Part shown: positions 55,181 through 58,976 of the stretch, piece after piece
How positions within the stretch are numbered: the stretch's first letter is position 1
Layout: each line of letters opens with the position of its first letter
Assembly (NCBI GenBank): GCA_051530055.1
Contig: JBMGUZ010000012.1
Coordinates: 1-58,976 of the forward strand
DNA: 58,976 nt
Origin: Neoechinorhynchus agilis
Taxonomy: Eukaryota; Animalia; Acanthocephala
Reading direction: 5' to 3'
Notes under the pieces: generated by a model
The model's input: only the letters and a program-made list of their open reading frames with translations
The model's database searches: none
Told to the model about the DNA's origin: nothing
Translations under genes and position numbers: made by a program

Positions 55181-58100
55181 GAAGCAATGTCGAGAGGGTC
55201 GGTGTAGCGCTCATTTCTAGGAACATCGAATGTACCTTTATCGAAGCGAGTTTCCCAACTTGCCATGTGAGCTAGCGAAAAACGGAGGCGCGTAAGAGCA
55301 TTAATTTTCACTTGAATTGCAAAAAGAGATCCGATGGTGATCACATCATATTGACCTCTACAACCCCTCGGAAGCAGTGCTCCTCTAAAAGTGATGTCGG
55401 AGCGAGCTCCACCAACGAAGCCTTTCAGTGTGATGAGAGGCAGTAGATTAGGAGTGCAGATTTCATTAAGCCCTATTCTAAAGGGATCTAGATCTTCAGT
55501 AGGAACGATGGACCAAACGGAGTTGTTAAGGAAGAATTTTGTCGTCAACTCCGGTTCTTGAGTATGAGATGCCATCTGCCACGACACACCGACAGAGGAT
55601 CTACCATTGTATTCAGAATACGCTAAAGCCCCCGAGCCAAACGAAATTCCGAGTGCTTTAGAAATCATAACCCAATGTAAGATAGTTCTTTCGTGAATGA
55701 TAGTAACTTCTGGGTCTCTCGCCCAGGCAGCGAAAGCTCTTGCCATCGGAGCGCCTAGATAGGCACTAATAATACCCAGAATAGTTCTGTCACTCGTTGG
55801 TAATATGTCAGAGATTGACCCCAGAGTCCAGGAAGAGTCAGGCGTGACCGCCTTAACTGAAACTTGCATAGTATCCAGTCGAAGACTCAACTTGTGCATG
55901 GCAAGTCTCAGACAGGGTAGAATATTCTGAGCGGAATAGTACTTCAGCTCATTCTCGGGAGTCATTCTAGTCTGAGTCGCTGGGAGATCAGAGACCTTAA
56001 GAAGGCCGAGTTGGATGAGGGGATAGAAATAGAAACCTGGATCATAATTCCAGGCTATCCTGACACCAGAGCCGTAAGGAACATTCAGCCTACCCATGAC
56101 TTGATACTCAAGGGAGTTATTGGATAGGGCTAAATAAGACAGCAACTCCTCTTGACACGGAATCTCGTTGAGAGGTTCGTTCGGAAAAGAGCCATTAAGA
56201 ATAGCAAGTCCAAGATTGTCATACGGAAAAGGTCCCGGCCCACTGGAACTCGTGTAACTGAATCGCTGAACACGAGTCGCTATCTCCTCTAACGTGACGG
56301 ACACCACGATAAATATTTTACCGGGTTCCTTAGCAAATGCATCCATTAGGGAGAAATAGTGATCCTCGACCCCAGAATGATTCATGTAAATCTCTTCAGT
56401 GAGGATCGGGTTCCAGACAGTGGCGACAGTACGGTGCAACTGTTCTGCAGGGGCGGGAAAGTATTGCTCCATGACAGCGAGAGTACGGCCGTCAAACGCG
56501 GAGTTATGAACATTTGGTCCTTCATTCCAGACCAGATTATTTACGGCCACACACCTGAAGAAGTCTACTATAGACATGCGTAGCCAAACAATTTCGAATG
56601 GTTGACAGACCCACATCCTACGGATGTCACCGTTTAAGCGAGAATTGCCATTTGGAGGTGGGGCTGTAATAGCTGGGTAATTATCAGTAGATAGAATAGC
56701 TCGCAGACGAGCAAAAGTAGCCGGAGAACCGTCTCGATAATGGTCGAGAGCGGCGGAACCACACAGTGTCAGATAGGCCATCTTCTCGTTTCGGCGACGA
56801 AGAAGTGGAGCCACCTGACTAACAGTGTGTAACAATCGCGTAAAATCCATCCTCGCGGATGTGTCCAAGTCGTCAGAGAGAACTAAACTAAACACCCTAT
56901 CGAGACAAGAACTGCTCGATATGGTGGTCGGAGGTTGCGTCGGGCCAGGGGATATGATATGAAAATCTTTAGGATCGAGGTTCATACCAGGTCTTAGGAC
57001 AGATTCTTCATTGCGCCAAAGTTCATTATACTCGGCGCCGATCGGACCAGACGTACTATAAGAAAGATCCAGCGAGAAACAGATTGGTCCGTAAGTTTCG
57101 GCCAAATGGGGCATATTGCACAAATAATAATGCAAGGCCCTCCTCTCTTCCAAGGTCTTATCTTTATAGAATGAGACATCAGCTTCTGCGAGCTTCTTAG
57201 CTTTATCAGTAAGAAAAGAATCATCCTGCTGTACGGCCATACCTATCTGATGAAGAAATGCGGGTTCCGCAGTAGACAGGATGCTAAAGGTAGTGGCCGG
57301 CAGCGTCCGAAATAGAGAATAGTTACCGGCCAAAGCGGTAACCACTTTAGAAACGTGATCCGTTGACTGTATAAACTCGACAGTCATCTGGTACCCTACC
57401 GGCACATAGGGTTTACGAATCGAATTGCCGTTCATGGAGTGCATCAGACGATTCCACTCCTCAGAGAGCCTCTCACCATACCCATCGCCACCCGCTAGGA
57501 CGGAGGAGATATATGAGCTTGTAAAACTGCTCACTCCGTTTCCAGCTAAAGTGGAGATGGCATCAGGTGAGAGCCACCCTGAAGAACTGAACCGTCTAAA
57601 ATGTCTGTTCCTAACAGACGCGAGTAGAGCTGTGCGCCTAGTGGCGCGCCATTCCAGATTTTCGACCAATTCACTCTGTCCATTAAGAAGATCTAGCTCT
57701 CTACAAAATATTGCACACAAGCGCTGATTGCGAGAATTCAGCCCATGTGCCAGAGCATGCAGCATAGGCTGATTATTTCTGTGGGCGAAGCAAAGGCCCA
57801 TCAGTCTTTTCTTTGAAGTGCCAATTTTGTTGAGAAGATAATGTGCCCGAACTCGCACGTCATTCCTTAACTTGTGTTCGACATTATCCGCTTTCTCCGT
57901 GATGGTCGTGGCCCCGACGAACGCAGCCTCGTACTTGAGGTTTCGCACGGCGGCCTCCATATCACGCGTAAATGAGCCATTCTTGTCGGTTGGAACAAAC
58001 GAGTTGTAATTACGGTATTTCTCGCGCTTTTCTCTCTTTTCTACACGAACATGCTCAGCAATACCAACAGTAGCCTTCGCCCTAGTCATATAAGCTAGGA

Positions 58101-58976
58101 AGGCGGTGCCAAGGTCGACTGGGCTGTTAGGTAATGACTCCAAATCGAGATCATCGTTGTAGGTCGTCATCACTGGTAGATCGTCAAGGTGAGAAAGCGC
58201 TTGAAACTCTTCTGCAACTTTTTCTATCAGAGCCAAGCTAGAGTCGATTTTAAGTTGAGCCGTTCTAGACTCTTCCAAAATCCCAAGTAACACAGGATCG
58301 CGAGGACGCTTAGTCAAGGCTTCTCGCGTAGATTCGACTTGTTTCTGATTTTGCGAAAGAATCTCCTTGAACTCAATTCTTTTTTTTGTTAGAACCTTGT
58401 CGACAGCCGCACGAAATTTGGCTCGAGATGGTGTCGGAGTGGCGCTGCTTATGAGATCAGTGGGGGAGGCCCCGAAAGTTTGAGTGATAGTAGAAAGCTG
58501 GTCCTGCTGAATCATCGTCTTCTCGGGCAAAATAGAAGATGCTAAATTAAGATCTTCCGGAGGTAAGACAGTAACAGGTTCACCTTCAGCTCTCTTTTCA
58601 GTTAAAGGAGATGGGAGTGGAGGTCCAATTATTGATTCGATGAGATCGGGGAAGACTGTGGCTAAGATAGCTCTAGCTCTAGAAAGTAACCGTCTGGTGA
58701 CCATCGAAATACGAGCTTGACGGGTGGTGAGAGCCTCGAATGTAGGGCAGAAAACACCTAATCCGGAGACAAGACCGCCAGCCATGAGTTCTTCCTCTGA
58801 AATAAGTTTGAGCTTGAAGAGTTGAGCAGCAACAAGAATGCGCATAAGAAGAAGGGTCGAAGTGTTGCGCTTTATTTTGATCGTATGGTTAGATTTAGTT
58901 CCGTCAAAAATATCACGAACCGACAACTCATCGTTCAAATCGAGATCCGCAAATGTTCGGTGGAATAAATGATGGG
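55066..58976 (-). CDS. Right-arm copy of virus-like ORF1, protein identical to the left copy, open to the window edge
   Basis: The ORF track shows identical 1290-aa translations. Confidence 0.6.
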   Translation of the reverse strand, partial: HHLFHRTFADLDLNDELSVRDIFDGTKSNHTIKIKRNTSTLLLMRILVAAQLFKLKLISEEELMAGGLVSGLGVFCPTFEALTTRQARISMVTRRLLSRARAILATVFPDLIESIIGPPLPSPLTEKRAEGEPVTVLPPEDLNLASSILPEKTMIQQDQLSTITQTFGASPTDLISSATPTPSRAKFRAAVDKVLTKKRIEFKEILSQNQKQVESTREALTKRPRDPVLLGILEESRTAQLKIDSSLALIEKVAEEFQALSHLDDLPVMTTYNDDLDLESLPNSPVDLGTAFLAYMTRAKATVGIAEHVRVEKREKREKYRNYNSFVPTDKNGSFTRDMEAAVRNLKYEAAFVGATTITEKADNVEHKLRNDVRVRAHYLLNKIGTSKKRLMGLCFAHRNNQPMLHALAHGLNSRNQRLCAIFCRELDLLNGQSELVENLEWRATRRTALLASVRNRHFRRFSSSGWLSPDAISTLAGNGVSSFTSSYISSVLAGGDGYGERLSEEWNRLMHSMNGNSIRKPYVPVGYQMTVEFIQSTDHVSKVVTALAGNYSLFRTLPATTFSILSTAEPAFLHQIGMAVQQDDSFLTDKAKKLAEADVSFYKDKTLEERRALHYYLCNMPHLAETYGPICFSLDLSYSTSGPIGAEYNELWRNEESVLRPGMNLDPKDFHIISPGPTQPPTTISSSSCLDRVFSLVLSDDLDTSARMDFTRLLHTVSQVAPLLRRRNEKMAYLTLCGSAALDHYRDGSPATFARLRAILSTDNYPAITAPPPNGNSRLNGDIRRMWVCQPFEIVWLRMSIVDFFRCVAVNNLVWNEGPNVHNSAFDGRTLAVMEQYFPAPAEQLHRTVATVWNPILTEEIYMNHSGVEDHYFSLMDAFAKEPGKIFIVVSVTLEEIATRVQRFSYTSSSGPGPFPYDNLGLAILNGSFPNEPLNEIPCQEELLSYLALSNNSLEYQVMGRLNVPYGSGVRIAWNYDPGFYFYPLIQLGLLKVSDLPATQTRMTPENELKYYSAQNILPCLRLAMHKLSLRLDTMQVSVKAVTPDSSWTLGSISDILPTSDRTILGIISAYLGAPMARAFAAWARDPEVTIIHERTILHWVMISKALGISFGSGALAYSEYNGRSSVGVSWQMASHTQEPELTTKFFLNNSVWSIVPTEDLDPFRIGLNEICTPNLLPLITLKGFVGGARSDITFRGALLPRGCRGQYDVITIGSLFAIQVKINALTRLRFSLAHMASWETRFDKGTFDVPRNERYTDPLDIASCFEGDSLLAPMGLEVPTSSRKKKTEDASERPDASAED

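Larger units (their letters stand above)
50691..58976 (-). repeat. Right outer arm of the long inverted repeat (partner 8-8129)
   Basis: Mirror of 8-8129. Differences include a 31-nt tandem duplication (54715-54776), scattered SNPs/indels at 53000-54000, and a 121-bp-repeat insertion at 51405-51569. Confidence 0.97.

Noticed and set aside
58900-58976. Telomeric repeats or covalent hairpin ends of a linear replicon
   Set aside because: No simple telomere repeat at either end, the ORF runs off the edge, and no DNA polymerase B, terminal protein or resolvase gene is present.

Overview
This is AT-rich eukaryotic DNA, probably from an invertebrate animal: it has a metazoan-type capping enzyme and 46-50 nt GT-AG introns, but the species cannot be named from sequence. 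The window is a large imperfect palindrome. The left arm (~8-17730) and right arm (~37090-58976) carry the same modules in mirror order, and the ~19 kb centre contains further inverted duplications. Reading inward, each arm has: (1) a GC-richer, intronless virus-like cassette with a >=1300-aa ORF1 and an overlapping -1-frame ORF2 that resembles the N-terminal part of a totivirus-like (Ghabrivirales) RdRp; (2) a secreted D/E/S-rich 45-aa-repeat gene, or its relic; (3) a 240-bp tandem array; (4) a dead Penelope-like retroelement (RT + GIY-YIG) ending in a hammerhead-like motif; (5) a Ty3/gypsy RNase H fragment; (6) a 121-bp minisatellite; (7) an mRNA capping enzyme gene, full length on the right and a 3' fragment on the left. 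The right arm also holds a second, diverged (~80-85% aa by eye) copy of the virus-like cassette. Comparing the two virus-like lineages shows selection switching from the ORF1 frame to the -1 frame about 80-115 nt before the ORF1 stop, which is evidence for gag-pol-style recoding. The centre holds a multi-exon host gene with a 6-nt micro-exon, a GATA-like zinc-finger gene with an inverted truncated copy, a linker-histone-like basic protein and a second acidic repeat gene. Best candidate for a new system: an endogenised dsRNA-virus capsid/pol cassette placed at both tips of a PLE-associated fold-back locus. It could be an antiviral small-RNA source or a giant PLE-mobilised composite element. Family assignments come from motif recognition only, without database searches. 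Many arm-specific 1-nt indels may be sequencing errors.
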